From: Candidatus Saccharimonadota bacterium
Lineage (GTDB): Bacteria > Patescibacteriota > Saccharimonadia > Saccharimonadales > UBA4665
Assembly (NCBI GenBank): GCA_003516025.1
Contig: CP023991.1
Span: 540,001-572,000 of the forward strand
DNA length: 32,000 nucleotides
Reading direction: 5' to 3'
Made by a program: the position numbers and the translations under genes. Shown here piece by piece: positions 1 through 9,392 of this stretch. Numbering within the stretch: the stretch's first letter is position 1; every line of letters starts with the position of its first letter. Under the pieces are notes generated by a model. The model was not told the DNA's origin. It did no database searches and worked only from the letters and a program-made list of their open reading frames with translations.

Positions 1-2520
1 GATGAGCACGCTCACAACATCCGTTCCGCGACCCGCATGATTGAAACTGGTGACGTCGCCGTTTGGGACGCCCTCGACACCGTCATTAAGGGTAAGTACG
101 TTCTGTTGAATCGTGCCCCATCCTTGCACCGCCTTTCAATCCAGGCCTTCCAGCCGGTACTTATCGAAGGCCGCGCCATCCAGCTGCACCCACTCGTCTG
201 TAAGGGCTTCAACGCCGACTTCGATGGTGACCAGATGGCCGTCCACCTTCCTTTGAGCGATGATGCTCAGGCAGAGGCCCGCGACATCATGGCTGCTAAC
301 AAGAATCTTCTGAAGCCAGCTGACGGTTCGCCAATTCTGCACGTTGAACAGGACATCGTCCTTGGTTGTTACTACCTCACGTACGACCGCCCTGACACCA
401 ATAAAGTACCTTTCGTATATAGCGACATCAATGAAGCTATTTTGGCACTCGATGCCGGTAGCTTGACGCTCCAGAACCGCATCCGCGTACCATTCCGTGG
501 CGAACGCCGCGAAACAACGCTTGGCCGCCTGCTGTTCAATGAAACCTTCCCGGATGATTTTCCATTCCAGGACGAGCCAATGACCAAGAAGCGTTTGCAG
601 AAAGTACTGGCTGACGCTTACCAGGCTTACGGCCAGGAAGTAACCGCTGAACTCGCCGACAAGTTGAAAGACCTCGGATTTGAATACGCCACAATTTCCG
701 GCCTCTCAATGGGTATGGGTGACTTCCATGCGGTTGAAGGTCTCGACGCCATGCTTGCTACCGGTGATACCCGCGCCAGTGCCATTTCAGAGCAGTTCGA
801 ACAAGGTTTTATTACCGAAGACGAACGATACCGCTTGACCGTCGATAACTGGGCCCGCGTTGAAACGCAGGTACAGGACGCTTTAGCCGAACAGATGAAG
901 GGCCGCGACAGCGCGACTGCTATCGCCATCAACTCTGGTGCCCGTGGTAACATCGGCCAGTTGAAGAACGCCGTTGGTATGCTTGGTGTCCAGTCCGACG
1001 CCTCCGGCCGCGCCATCGAACTTCCAGTCCGCTCCGGCTATGTCAAGGGTCTCAACCCGCTTGAATACTTTACGGGTACCCGTGGTACCCGTAAGGCGCT
1101 CATCGACATCGCCCTTAAAACCGCCGATGCCGGTTACCTGACGCGCCGCCTGGTAGACGTTTCTCAGGATGTCTTTACTATCGACGAAGAAGGCGACTCT
1201 AGCGATCCAGGCTTCGCGATGCTTCGGGCTGACGCTAAAGAGATTGGTGTTGGCTACGGCTCACGCCTGGTTGGCCGCTTTGCTGCCCAAGACGTCTCTA
1301 ACGGAAAAGTAGGTTACCTCAAAAAGGGTGAACGCTTTACTCCAGAAGTAGCTGCCAAGATCGACGCGGACGAGTCTCTCGACGCGGTCCGTATCATGAG
1401 CGCCCTCAGCTGTACCAGCGTCCGTGGAGTTCCACAGAAATCCTACGGTGTCGATCCGGCTACCGGTAACCTGGTTGCCAGCCACCACCCAATCGGTGTC
1501 ATCGCTGCCCAGTCTATCGGTGAGCCTGGTACGCAGTTGTCCCTCGACTCCAAGCACCGTTCCGGTGGTTTCGTCGCCGATGACACTGCGCAGGGTCTGT
1601 CCCGTATCGAGGAACTCTTCGAAGTCCGTACACCAAAGGGTCAGGCTTACCTGACTGACATTGCCGGTACGGCAAACACATGGGAAGAAGGCGACCACTA
1701 CGTGGTTCAGGTTACTGCCCATGATAAAGAAAACATCGAACTCGAAATTGGTGACCGCACGGTCCAGGTCAAGAGTGGTTCCGATGTTGCTATCGGTGAC
1801 GTCATTGCTTCACTCGAAGACGGCGCATCACCACTAATCGCACCAATGGCTGGCAAGGCCGAGGTCAGCGAAAAGACTATCATCATCACACCGGCCCGCA
1901 CCAGCGTGGTCCGCTACGAAATCCCTGGCTTCAAGCAATTGCAAGTCAAGGACGGTGATGAAGTCGAAGCCGGCCAGCGCTTGACTAACGGTTCCATTAA
2001 CCTACAGGACCTTCTGCGTCTCCAGGGTGTTGAGCCAACGCAGCGCTACATCATGAATGAAATCCTGCGTATCTTCGCAGGCCAAGGTCAGATCATTGCT
2101 GATAAGCACCTTGAAATCATCGTTCGCCAGATGTTCAGCCGCGTCCAGATCGAAGATGCTGGCGACAGCGAATTCGTGACCGGTGACGTCGTTTCCAAGC
2201 TGGCTGTAGTTGACGCTAATGAGCGCTTGGCTGCTGATAGCAAAGAACTCGTACAGTTCAACCAGCTGTTGCTTGGTATCACCAAGTCCAGCTTGAGTAC
2301 TGATTCGTTCCTGAGTGCCGCATCCTTCCAGGACACCACCCGCGTACTGATCGGTGCCGCGACCTCCGGCCGCGTCGACCGCCTGTACGGCTTGAAGGAA
2401 AACGTCATCTTGGGTCGCAAGATCCCAGTTGGCACTGGTTACGGCCAGGTCGCAGTCGCTGAAGATGCCATTGAAGACCAGCTCGCCGAGCCGCTTTCAA
2501 GCATCACTGACGCGCTGTAA
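1..2520 (+). CDS. rpoC: DNA-directed RNA polymerase subunit beta' (C-terminal ~840 aa; 5' end lies outside the window)
   Basis: Frame 1 is open from base 1. It contains the [12 protein letters not shown] catalytic motif and conserved beta' C-terminal blocks, ends in TAA at 2518-2520, and sits directly upstream of rpsL-rpsG-fusA-tuf. Confidence 0.95.
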   Translation, partial: DEHAHNIRSATRMIETGDVAVWDALDTVIKGKYVLLNRAPSLHRLSIQAFQPVLIEGRAIQLHPLVCKGFNADFDGDQMAVHLPLSDDAQAEARDIMAANKNLLKPADGSPILHVEQDIVLGCYYLTYDRPDTNKVPFVYSDINEAILALDAGSLTLQNRIRVPFRGERRETTLGRLLFNETFPDDFPFQDEPMTKKRLQKVLADAYQAYGQEVTAELADKLKDLGFEYATISGLSMGMGDFHAVEGLDAMLATGDTRASAISEQFEQGFITEDERYRLTVDNWARVETQVQDALAEQMKGRDSATAIAINSGARGNIGQLKNAVGMLGVQSDASGRAIELPVRSGYVKGLNPLEYFTGTRGTRKALIDIALKTADAGYLTRRLVDVSQDVFTIDEEGDSSDPGFAMLRADAKEIGVGYGSRLVGRFAAQDVSNGKVGYLKKGERFTPEVAAKIDADESLDAVRIMSALSCTSVRGVPQKSYGVDPATGNLVASHHPIGVIAAQSIGEPGTQLSLDSKHRSGGFVADDTAQGLSRIEELFEVRTPKGQAYLTDIAGTANTWEEGDHYVVQVTAHDKENIELEIGDRTVQVKSGSDVAIGDVIASLEDGASPLIAPMAGKAEVSEKTIIITPARTSVVRYEIPGFKQLQVKDGDEVEAGQRLTNGSINLQDLLRLQGVEPTQRYIMNEILRIFAGQGQIIADKHLEIIVRQMFSRVQIEDAGDSEFVTGDVVSKLAVVDANERLAADSKELVQFNQLLLGITKSSLSTDSFLSAASFQDTTRVLIGAATSGRVDRLYGLKENVILGRKIPVGTGYGQVAVAEDAIEDQLAEPLSSITDAL

Positions 2521-2542
2521 GCCTCGCCAAGGCTGGGTAAAC

Positions 2543-2593
2543 ATAAGGGGTATTGACACAGGGTGTAATAGCGCTGTTGTCAATACCCCTTAT
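2543..2593. repeat. Perfect 16-bp inverted repeat ATAAGGGGTATTGACA / TGTCAATACCCCTTAT with a 19-nt spacer (IR-1), 23 nt after the rpoC stop
   Basis: The arms were read directly and are exact reverse complements. It could be the rpoC terminator hairpin (no clean U tract), and its 3' arm overlaps the putative rpsL -35. Confidence 0.7.
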
Positions 2594-2605
2594 ATCTGTT
2601 AAAAT
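2577..2605 (+). promoter_or_regulatory. Putative rpsL operon promoter: -35 TTGTCA, 17-nt spacer, extended -10 TGtTAAAAT
   Basis: Hexamers and spacing read from the sequence. It lies 114 nt upstream of the rpsL ATG. Confidence 0.45.
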
Positions 2606-2718
2606 CATTAGGTTACAAACTAAGTAGTCCGAGCCAGGGAAGTAGCCGTAAGCGTAGTTGGCACTCGCATACGCAGCCATGATCTTTCTTGCAGCAGCAG
2701 ATTACATAAGGAGCATAA

Positions 2719-3132
2719 ATGCCAACAATCAACCAATTGGTTCGCAAGCCCCGCACCAAGGTGATCGTCAAGACGAAATCACCTGCCATGCAGCGCGTTG
2801 TGAACAACCTCAAAACCACAAACTACGAAAAACACGCGCCGTTCAAGCGTGGTGTTTGCGTCAAGGTTACTACTAAAACACCAAAGAAGCCGAACTCAGC
2901 TCTTCGTAAGGTTGCCCGTGTGCGCCTGACCAACGGCTACGAAGTTTGGGCTTACATCGGTGGCGAAGGTCATAACTTGCAGGAGCATGCCGTTGTACTG
3001 GTACGCGGTGGCCGCGTAAAGGATCTTCCTGGTGTTCGTTATCATATTGTCCGCGGTAGCCTAGACCTTCAGGGTGTTAACAACCGCAAACAGGGCCGTT
3101 CCAAGTACGGTGCCAAGAAGGAGAGCAAGTAA
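2719..3132 (+). CDS. rpsL: 30S ribosomal protein S12
   Basis: 137 aa starting [12 protein letters not shown], with KKPNSALRK and [23 protein letters not shown] at 2708-2713. Confidence 0.97.
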   Translation: MPTINQLVRKPRTKVIVKTKSPAMQRVVNNLKTTNYEKHAPFKRGVCVKVTTKTPKKPNSALRKVARVRLTNGYEVWAYIGGEGHNLQEHAVVLVRGGRVKDLPGVRYHIVRGSLDLQGVNNRKQGRSKYGAKKESK

Positions 3133-3611
3133 TGCCACGTAAAAAGACTAAAGCATTAGTACGCGACGTCGCTCCAGATCGCCTGTATAACAGCGTTCCT
3201 GTAGCTCGTTTGATCAACCGCGTTATGTTGAACGGTAAAAAGCAGCTGGCTGAACGCCTCGTATACGACGGTATGCAGAAAGCCGCCGACCGTTTGAAAG
3301 TCGAGAACCCGCTTGAAGTTTTCGAAACTGCTTTCAAAAACATCCAACCGCATGTCGAGACCCGTTCCCGCCGTGTCGGTGGTGCCAATTACCAGATTCC
3401 GTTTGAAGTTCGTGGCCAGCGCCAGAACCACCTGACTACCATGTGGTTCGTCGCTGCCTGCCGCAGCCGCAAAGGCATTTCCATGGCTGACCGCATCGCC
3501 GCTGAACTGACCGACGCCTACAATGGCCAAGGCGCAGCAGTTAAGAAGCGTGAAGACACGCACAAGATGGCTGAAGCTAACCGCGCCTTTGCGCACTTTG
3601 CCCGAGGCTAG
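3132..3611 (+). CDS. rpsG: 30S ribosomal protein S7
   Basis: 159 aa with S7 family sequence. The start overlaps the rpsL stop (TAATG). Confidence 0.96.
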   Translation: MPRKKTKALVRDVAPDRLYNSVPVARLINRVMLNGKKQLAERLVYDGMQKAADRLKVENPLEVFETAFKNIQPHVETRSRRVGGANYQIPFEVRGQRQNHLTTMWFVAACRSRKGISMADRIAAELTDAYNGQGAAVKKREDTHKMAEANRAFAHFARG

Positions 3612-3615
3612 TTTT

Positions 3616-3864
3616 ATGGAGCTAGAACATCACCGCGAACGTGCGTCTATCGTATTTGATGCTATGAATACTGCTTCTGAGCAAAGTGCTCAAGCGACGA
3701 TTGCACATTCCGGTGATGTTTTGGGAATATTTCACCCAGATGTTTTAAAATCACGATGGGAATTGACAAAGGCGCTTGGTATGGGTGTACGAGAATTAAT
3801 CTCAATCGTGCCTCACGCGCCCGAGTTGTATAGAGAATGGCGAGTCCGACGTACTAATGAATAA
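3616..3864 (+). CDS. Hypothetical small protein (82 aa) inserted between rpsG and fusA
   Basis: ATG at 3616 lies 8 nt after GAGG (3604-3607). The track ORF 3523-3864 shares this frame, but its upstream part overlaps rpsG. No family recognised. Visibly more AT-rich than the flanking genes. Confidence 0.5.
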   Translation: MELEHHRERASIVFDAMNTASEQSAQATIAHSGDVLGIFHPDVLKSRWELTKALGMGVRELISIVPHAPELYREWRVRRTNE

Positions 3865-3897
3865 TATGGGGAATAAGGATATTTAAGAAGGAACTAC

Positions 3898-5985
3898 ATG
3901 GCAGATAAGAAAACAGCAATGGATAAGATTCGGAACCTTGGTATTATCGCGCATATCGATGCCGGTAAGACTACGACGACCGAAGGAATTCTGTATCGTA
4001 CCGGTTTGAACCACAAGATTGGTGCCGTACATGAAGGTGAAACAACGACCGACTGGATGGCCCAGGAACGTGAGCGCGGTATTACTATCGTAGCCGCTTC
4101 CGTTACCTGTTTCTGGAAGGGTCACCAGATCAACATTATCGATACCCCGGGACACATCGACTTTACCGTGGAAGTGGAGCGCTCACTGCGTGTCCTCGAC
4201 GGTGCCTGTGTGGTCTTCGACGGTAAGATGGGTGTTGAAAGCCAGTCTGAAACCGTTTGGCGCCAGGCTGACAAGTACGGCGTGCCACGCGTTTGTTTCA
4301 TCAACAAGATCAACCAAACCGGTGGCGACTTCTATAAATCTCTGGAAAGCATCCACAACCGCTTAAGCAAGCGCGCGTTCCCAATCCACCTGCCAATCGG
4401 TTTCGAGCAGGCCATTAACGGTATCGTTGACCTGGTTGAAATGAAAGCCTTCACTTACAAGGACTTCACCGATAAAGCTCTTGTTGAAGGCGAAATCCCA
4501 GCCGACATGATGGACCAGGTTAAAAAGTATCGCAGTCTCCTGATTGAAAACGCTGTTGCCGAAGACGAAGCTATGCTCGAAAAGTATTTCGAAGTTGGCG
4601 AAGACGGCCTGAGCACCGAAGAAGTCAAGCAGGCCATCCGTTCTGCTGTTTTAAGTGGTAACTTCTTCGCGGTTACCGGCGGCGATGGCCGCGGTGTGAT
4701 CGTCGAGAAAGTCCTCGATATGGTTGCCGACTACCTGCCAAGCCCGCTTGACCGTGGTTCTAACTGGGGTATACACCCTAAGACCGGTGACGAGATCGAG
4801 CGCAAGCCAAGCGAAGAAGAGCCATTCAGCGCGCTGGCATTTAAGATTACCACCGACCCATTTGTCGGTAAGCTGGCTTACTTCCGCGTGTACTCTGGTA
4901 CTATTACTGCCGGTTCATATGTTTACAACTCTACTAAGGGTGAAAAAGAGCGGGTTGGCCGTATCGTTCGTTTGCAGGCTGATAAGCGCGCAGATGTAAC
5001 TGAAGTCGGTGCCGGCGACATTGCTGCCATCGTCGGCCTTAAAGGTACGACAACCGGTGACACACTGTGTGACCAGGCTAACCCAATCGTTCTTGAAAGC
5101 ATTGACTTCCCAGAACCTCCAGTTTCGATTGCTATCGAACCAAAGACGAAAGCCGACCAGGAAAAAATGGGTATCGCCCTTGGCCGTTTGGCCGAAGAAG
5201 ACCCAACCTTCCGCGTACGCACCGATGAAGAGACCGGGCAAACTATCATCTCCGGTATGGGTGAGTTACACCTTGAGATCCTGGTAGACCGCATGAAGCG
5301 TGAGTTTAACGTGGAAGCTAACATCGGCCAGCCACAGGTTGCCTACCGCGAATCAATCCGCAAGAGCGGTATTGAAGCCCAGGGTAAGTTTGTCCGCCAG
5401 AGTGGTGGCCGTGGTCAGTATGGTGACGTCTGGCTGCGTGTTTCTCAGAACGAGCAGGGCGCCGGATTTGAATTCATCAACTCTATCAAGGGTGGTGTGG
5501 TTCCAACCGAGTACATCAAGCCGGTCGAAGAAGGTATCAAAGAGTCACTTGCTAACGGTATTATTGCTGGCTACCCGGTCGTAGACATTAAGGCCGAACT
5601 GTATGACGGTTCTTACCACGAAGTCGACTCCAACGAAATGGCCTTCAAGATCGCCGGTTCGATGGGTATCCAAGAAGCCGTTAAGAAAGCTAACCCTGTC
5701 TTACTTGAACCAGTGATGAAAGTAGTTGTTGTTACTCCTGAGCAGTTCATGGGTGACGTCATTGGCGACTTAAACAGTAAGCGTGGCCGTATTGAATCCA
5801 TGGAAGATCTTCCTGCCGGAATCAAAGAAATTACCGCCTACGTACCACTGGGTGAAATGTTCGGTTACACGACTAACCTGCGTTCCACAACCCAGGGCCG
5901 TGCCTCAAGTTCTATGGAACTCGACCACTACGCTGACGTACCGGGCCACGTTGCGGAAGCTATCATCGCCAAGAATTCGAAATAG
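3898..5985 (+). CDS. fusA: Elongation factor G
   Basis: 695 aa. G domain [15 protein letters not shown] and DTPGHIDF, with conserved EF-G domains II-V. Confidence 0.97.
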   Translation: MADKKTAMDKIRNLGIIAHIDAGKTTTTEGILYRTGLNHKIGAVHEGETTTDWMAQERERGITIVAASVTCFWKGHQINIIDTPGHIDFTVEVERSLRVLDGACVVFDGKMGVESQSETVWRQADKYGVPRVCFINKINQTGGDFYKSLESIHNRLSKRAFPIHLPIGFEQAINGIVDLVEMKAFTYKDFTDKALVEGEIPADMMDQVKKYRSLLIENAVAEDEAMLEKYFEVGEDGLSTEEVKQAIRSAVLSGNFFAVTGGDGRGVIVEKVLDMVADYLPSPLDRGSNWGIHPKTGDEIERKPSEEEPFSALAFKITTDPFVGKLAYFRVYSGTITAGSYVYNSTKGEKERVGRIVRLQADKRADVTEVGAGDIAAIVGLKGTTTGDTLCDQANPIVLESIDFPEPPVSIAIEPKTKADQEKMGIALGRLAEEDPTFRVRTDEETGQTIISGMGELHLEILVDRMKREFNVEANIGQPQVAYRESIRKSGIEAQGKFVRQSGGRGQYGDVWLRVSQNEQGAGFEFINSIKGGVVPTEYIKPVEEGIKESLANGIIAGYPVVDIKAELYDGSYHEVDSNEMAFKIAGSMGIQEAVKKANPVLLEPVMKVVVVTPEQFMGDVIGDLNSKRGRIESMEDLPAGIKEITAYVPLGEMFGYTTNLRSTTQGRASSSMELDHYADVPGHVAEAIIAKNSK

Positions 5986-5998
5986 TCTCGCGGGACTA

Positions 5999-6043
5999 AT
6001 AGAGAGATGCTGACCTCTTTACAAAATGTTGGCATTTCTCTAT
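5999..6043. repeat. 12-bp inverted repeat ATAGAGAGATGC / GCATTTCTCTAT (one G-T pair) with a 21-nt spacer, enclosing the tuf promoter
   Basis: Read directly. It begins 14 nt after the fusA stop. Confidence 0.55.
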
Positions 6044-6046
6044 ACT
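6018..6046 (+). promoter_or_regulatory. Putative tuf promoter: -35 TTTACA, 17-nt spacer, -10 TATACT
   Basis: Near-consensus sigma-70 type hexamers with ideal spacing, 95 nt upstream of the tuf ATG. Confidence 0.5.
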
Positions 6047-6140
6047 ACCTCGGTAACTTGTGTGAGTTGTCTTTTCATAGTGACAATGGTCTCATGCAAA
6101 TAACGGACAAATGATTAATTAAACAAGGAGTCATATAAAT

Positions 6141-7325
6141 ATGGCAGATCAATTCGACCGAACCAAGCCTCACGTGAATGTCGGTACTATGGGTCACGTT
6201 GACCACGGTAAGACTTCACTGACCGCTGCTATTACTATGGTGCTCGCAAAGCGCCTCCCAACCGCAGTCAACAAGCCAGTTGACTACGCGATGATCGACA
6301 ACGCTCCAGAAGAGCGCGCTCGTGGTATTACTATCGCTACTTCCCACCAGGAATACGAAAGTGAAAAGCGCCACTATGCTCACGTCGACATGCCAGGCCA
6401 CGCCGACTACGTTAAGAACATGATTACCGGTGCTGCTCAGATTGACGGGGCTATCCTCGTTGTATCTGCTGCTGATGGTCCTATGCCTCAGACCCGTGAG
6501 CACGTTCTGCTCGCGAAGCAGGTTGGCGTACCAAGCATCCTGGTTTTCATGAACAAGATGGACCTCGCCGACGCTGACCTCGTTGAGCTCGTTGAAGAAG
6601 AAATCCGCGATCTGCTCGCTAAATATGACTTCGACCGCGACTGCCCAGTTATCAAGGGTTCAGCTACTAAAGCTATTGAAGGCGACAGCGCTAACGAAGA
6701 CGCTATCATGGAACTCGTTGCTGCTATGGATGCCTACATCCCAGAACCAGCTCGCGACCTTGACAAGCCATTCCTGATGCCTGTCGAAGACGTTTTCTCA
6801 ATCAAGGGTCGTGGTACTGTTGCTACGGGTCGTGTTGAAAGCGGTATCGTTAAACTAAACGACGAAATCGAAATCGTTGGTATCCGTACTACTCGTAAGA
6901 GTGTCGTTACTGGTATCGAAGCTTTCAAGAAGCAGCTTGATCAGGGTCAGGCCGGTGACAACGCCGGTGTTCTGCTCCGTGGGATTGAGCGTGATGACAT
7001 CGAGCGCGGCCAGGTCTTGGCTAAGCCAGGTTCTATCACTCCTCATACGGAGTTTGACGCTGAAGTCTATATCCTAACCAAGGAAGAAGGTGGTCGCCAC
7101 ACTCCTTTCTTCAAGGGATACAAGCCTCAGTTCTACTTCCGTACAACGGACGTAACTGGTGAAGTTGAACTTCCAGCTGACAAGGAAATGGTCATGCCTG
7201 GTGATACTATTACCTTTAAAGTTAAGTTGCTTGCTCCAATCGCCATGGACCAGGGTCTCCGCTTCGCTATCCGCGAAGGTGGCCGTACCGTTGGTGCTGG
7301 TGTTGTGACCAAGATCAACAAATAA
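6141..7325 (+). CDS. tuf: Elongation factor Tu
   Basis: 394 aa with [23 protein letters not shown] and NKMD motifs. SD AAGGAG at 6125-6130. Confidence 0.98.
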   Translation: MADQFDRTKPHVNVGTMGHVDHGKTSLTAAITMVLAKRLPTAVNKPVDYAMIDNAPEERARGITIATSHQEYESEKRHYAHVDMPGHADYVKNMITGAAQIDGAILVVSAADGPMPQTREHVLLAKQVGVPSILVFMNKMDLADADLVELVEEEIRDLLAKYDFDRDCPVIKGSATKAIEGDSANEDAIMELVAAMDAYIPEPARDLDKPFLMPVEDVFSIKGRGTVATGRVESGIVKLNDEIEIVGIRTTRKSVVTGIEAFKKQLDQGQAGDNAGVLLRGIERDDIERGQVLAKPGSITPHTEFDAEVYILTKEEGGRHTPFFKGYKPQFYFRTTDVTGEVELPADKEMVMPGDTITFKVKLLAPIAMDQGLRFAIREGGRTVGAGVVTKINK

Positions 7326-7341
7326 TCAGTCCTGCTGATTC

Positions 7342-7380
7342 AAAAAGAGCGCTCGGATCAATAATCCGGCGCTCTTTTTT
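7342..7380 (+). terminator. Rho-independent terminator after tuf
   Basis: Stem AGAGCGCTCGGA / TCCGGCGCTCT (one bulge), 7-nt loop, followed by TTTTTT. Confidence 0.85.
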
Positions 7381-7387
7381 GTTATCG

Positions 7388-7393
7388 TATAAT
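7388..7393 (+). promoter_or_regulatory. Putative -10 box TATAAT placed for a leaderless transcript of the J-domain gene
   Basis: The ATG at 7401 is 8 nt after the hexamer. There is no SD and no clear -35. Confidence 0.35.
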
Positions 7394-7400
7394 AAAATGA

Positions 7401-7811
7401 ATGGGTATGACAGAAAGTAGTAATTTCACGGACTATTATGAAGTTCTTGGCGTAAAGCCGACATCTGAAGTAGCCGAAATTCGCCGTGCCTATATAGCTT
7501 TGGCTAAGCAGCAGCATCCTGATGCCGGCGGTTCAATGGAAGCCATGCAACAGTTGAACATCGCGTACCGGACATTGACGAGCGATAGCGCGAAAACAGC
7601 TTATGATATGCTGCACAACTTCCATACCGGTAGCACTGCACCGGCTGACTACCGCTATAGTGATGGACGTGAGGTACATGGTGTCACCGATATGTCGGAT
7701 GATGAAATCGACGCTTTTCTTGATGACTTATTCACTGAGTATCGGAGCGGCCCGCCAAAGTCTAAGCAAAGTATTCGTGACTGGTTCAAGAACATCGTAA
7801 AAAAGATGTAA
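7401..7811 (+). CDS. J-domain (DnaJ N-terminal domain) protein, 136 aa, with an uncharacterised C-terminal half
   Basis: The N-terminus DYYEVLGV...IRRAYIALAKQQHPD carries the HPD tripeptide of J domains. There is no Gly/Phe or zinc-finger region, so it is not a full DnaJ. Confidence 0.8.
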   Translation: MGMTESSNFTDYYEVLGVKPTSEVAEIRRAYIALAKQQHPDAGGSMEAMQQLNIAYRTLTSDSAKTAYDMLHNFHTGSTAPADYRYSDGREVHGVTDMSDDEIDAFLDDLFTEYRSGPPKSKQSIRDWFKNIVKKM

Positions 7812-7841
7812 CCTCAAGTACTTTAGTTATCTCAAAACACC

Positions 7842-7850
7842 TGGTATAGT
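7842..7850 (+). promoter_or_regulatory. Putative extended -10 TGgTATAGT placed for a leaderless transcript of the 114-aa ORF
   Basis: The ATG at 7857 is 7 nt after the hexamer. No SD. Confidence 0.35.
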
Positions 7851-7856
7851 CTTTGA

Positions 7857-8201
7857 ATGAACACGCCTACTCCGGATTATCCGCAACAACTCTTTCCTCA
7901 TTCCATGCTTCCGGTCAATACTACGCTTATGGCTCAGTTGGCCGTAAAGTTCAGCCGGGTAACTGGCGGCGACTATCACGCCTATCTTATTAGTACCCCT
8001 GAGAACCGTGATCCTCGGTTTTTGATTAAACCAACTTGTCAGATCGATGCGATAGCCCGAGAATATAAAGAGGAACAAGCTGACCGAGGCGTAGAAGTTG
8101 TTATTAAGCCTTTGCCGGACGAGGCCGTGCAGGACATCTACGCCCAGTGTCTCGACGAATTAGACGTTATGATGCGAAGTCTGCGCCTAAACACGCAGTA
8201 G
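7857..8201 (+). CDS. Hypothetical protein (114 aa)
   Basis: ORF directly downstream of the J-domain gene. No family recognised. Coding status rests on ORF length and position only. Confidence 0.5.
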   Translation: MNTPTPDYPQQLFPHSMLPVNTTLMAQLAVKFSRVTGGDYHAYLISTPENRDPRFLIKPTCQIDAIAREYKEEQADRGVEVVIKPLPDEAVQDIYAQCLDELDVMMRSLRLNTQ

Positions 8202-8203
8202 AC

Positions 8204-8231
8204 TTTCCAATGAACGTTTAATATGTTAAAG
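8204..8231 (+). promoter_or_regulatory. Putative rpsJ promoter: -35 TTTCCA, 16-nt spacer, extended -10 TGtTAAAGT
   Basis: Read from the sequence. It would give a ~100-nt leader containing small hairpins (TGACT/AGTCA 8252-8264, TGTAGG/CCTACA 8269-8288). Confidence 0.3.
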
Positions 8232-8338
8232 TACATCTACTTACTAATTGTGCTGACTAAAAGTCATTTGTAGGCACTGAAACCTACAGAAGATGTTACA
8301 GCGCCATAACCGTCCAGACGGACAAAGGAACATTATTA

Positions 8339-8668
8339 ATGGCTGAAGCTCCTAAAGATGCTAAGCAAAAAATTCGTATTCGCCTGAAGGCATATGACCA
8401 TAAGGTTATTGATCAGGCCGCTAAGCAGATCGTCGATACCGCACTGCGTACCGGCGCGTCACTAGCCGGCCCCATCCCTCTGCCAACCCGCCGCAGCACG
8501 TTTACGGTTATCAAAAGCCCGCACGTCTACAAAAAAGGTCGCGAGCAGTTCGAAATGCGCGTTCATAAGCGCCTGATCGACGTTTTTGAGCCAACGCCAA
8601 AAACAATCGACAGTCTGATGAACCTCAGCCTGCCTGCTGGTTGCGACGTCGAAATCAAGATGTCCTAA
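8339..8668 (+). CDS. rpsJ: 30S ribosomal protein S10
   Basis: 109 aa with [16 protein letters not shown] and an S10 family core. Confidence 0.96.
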   Translation: MAEAPKDAKQKIRIRLKAYDHKVIDQAAKQIVDTALRTGASLAGPIPLPTRRSTFTVIKSPHVYKKGREQFEMRVHKRLIDVFEPTPKTIDSLMNLSLPAGCDVEIKMS

Positions 8669-8693
8669 GTGCCCCCCCAAGCCTATAAAAAAC

Positions 8694-8721
8694 CGCTCTC
8701 CGTAAAAAAAGGGCGTTTTTT
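8694..8721 (+). terminator. Weak candidate terminator after rpsJ
   Basis: 5-bp stem CGCTC/GGGCG (one G-U) with a 12-nt A-rich loop, followed by TTTTTT. The stem is marginal. Confidence 0.3.
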
Positions 8722-8817
8722 ATGTGCATATACTTAAGTCGTGTAAGTAATTTCATATACCAGTAACCGACGGAAGCCTACACTAACTAATACACTAATA
8801 ATGTATAGGAGACCGAA

Positions 8818-9186
8818 ATGGCACACACATCAGACAGACAAGCACCGAATACATTAGGTCTTATTCTTGTCGCAGCCGCTGCAGGCGCAGTAGCAGGAAT
8901 GCTGTTCGCACCAAAGCGCGGAACAGAAATGCGCGAAGATCTTAAAGGCCGGGTAGGCGACCTTAAATCTAAAGCGCAAACTAAAGTAGACGATACGAAG
9001 ACTGCCGTAGGCGAAGGCGCTGACGCCGCCCGCACTAAAGCACACGATGTAGCAGATAAAGCACGCTCGACTGTTACGAAAACCGCTGATTCAGCTAAAG
9101 ATAATGCCGATAAGCTGGCTGACGCGACAAAAGAGGCTAGCGACCAAGCGGCTGACGAAGCGAAGCGCCGCTCCAAGCGTGCCTAA
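8818..9186 (+). CDS. YtxH-like protein (N-terminal membrane helix plus K/D/A-rich helical tail), 122 aa
   Basis: GLILVAAAAGAVAGMLFAPKRGTEMREDLK matches the YtxH signature (hydrophobic helix then FAPKxGxExR). SD AGGAG lies 7 nt upstream. Confidence 0.75.
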   Translation: MAHTSDRQAPNTLGLILVAAAAGAVAGMLFAPKRGTEMREDLKGRVGDLKSKAQTKVDDTKTAVGEGADAARTKAHDVADKARSTVTKTADSAKDNADKLADATKEASDQAADEAKRRSKRA

Positions 9187-9199
9187 GCTCCAACATAAC

Positions 9200-9245
9200 C
9201 CCCTGTCACTGAGTTGCCGTTAAATTTGCAACACATTGACAGGGG
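9200..9245. repeat. Inverted repeat CCCCTGTCA / TGACAGGGG (9 bp, IR-2) with a 28-nt spacer holding an inner GTTGC/GCAAC stem
   Basis: Read directly. It lies 14 nt after the ytxH-like stop, and its 3' arm overlaps TTGACA at 9236-9241. Confidence 0.65.
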
Positions 9246-9265
9246 TTAGTTATTCGTGATACTCT
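9236..9265 (+). promoter_or_regulatory. Putative rplC operon promoter: -35 TTGACA, 18-nt spacer, extended -10 TGaTACTCT
   Basis: Read from the sequence. It would give a ~160-nt leader before rplC. Confidence 0.35.
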
Positions 9266-9292
9266 AATACGGTACATTATAAAAAACCTGTA

Positions 9293-9392
9293 CTTGGTAT
9301 ATGCATAGGTCACCCATTGTTATTAACATAACAGGGGCGAAACCGGGCGTTACCAAGAATTTTTATGTCTTGCCACTTGCAGTTTCGCAAGT
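9293..9392 (+). promoter_or_regulatory. Structured rplC leader, a candidate attenuator or r-protein autoregulatory element
   Basis: CTTGGTA (9293-9299) pairs with TACCAAG (9351-9357), enclosing hairpin TGTTAT/ATAACA (9318-9333), and is followed by AATTTTT. A second hairpin ACTTGC/GCAAGT lies at 9375-9392. Confidence 0.3.

Noticed and set aside
3523-3615. Longer versions of track ORFs that overlap upstream genes (3523 for the 82-aa ORF, 15409 for S14, 17085 for S5)
   Set aside because: The upstream portions lie inside rpsG, rplE and rplR respectively. The internal ATGs have proper SD or TAATG coupling and match the conserved protein N-termini.
8787-9176. 129-aa minus-strand ORF opposite the YtxH-like gene
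   Set aside because: It is an Ala/Ser-rich mirror of the plus-strand K/D/A-rich gene. Only the plus-strand ORF has an SD and a recognisable YtxH N-terminal motif.
3604-9250. The inserted genes (82-aa ORF, J-domain pair, ytxH-like gene) as a mobile element or genomic island
   Set aside because: I found no integrase, transposase or recombinase, no flanking direct repeats or terminal inverted repeats, and no adjacent tRNA. The insertions are three separate small units, each neatly fitted with its own expression signals.
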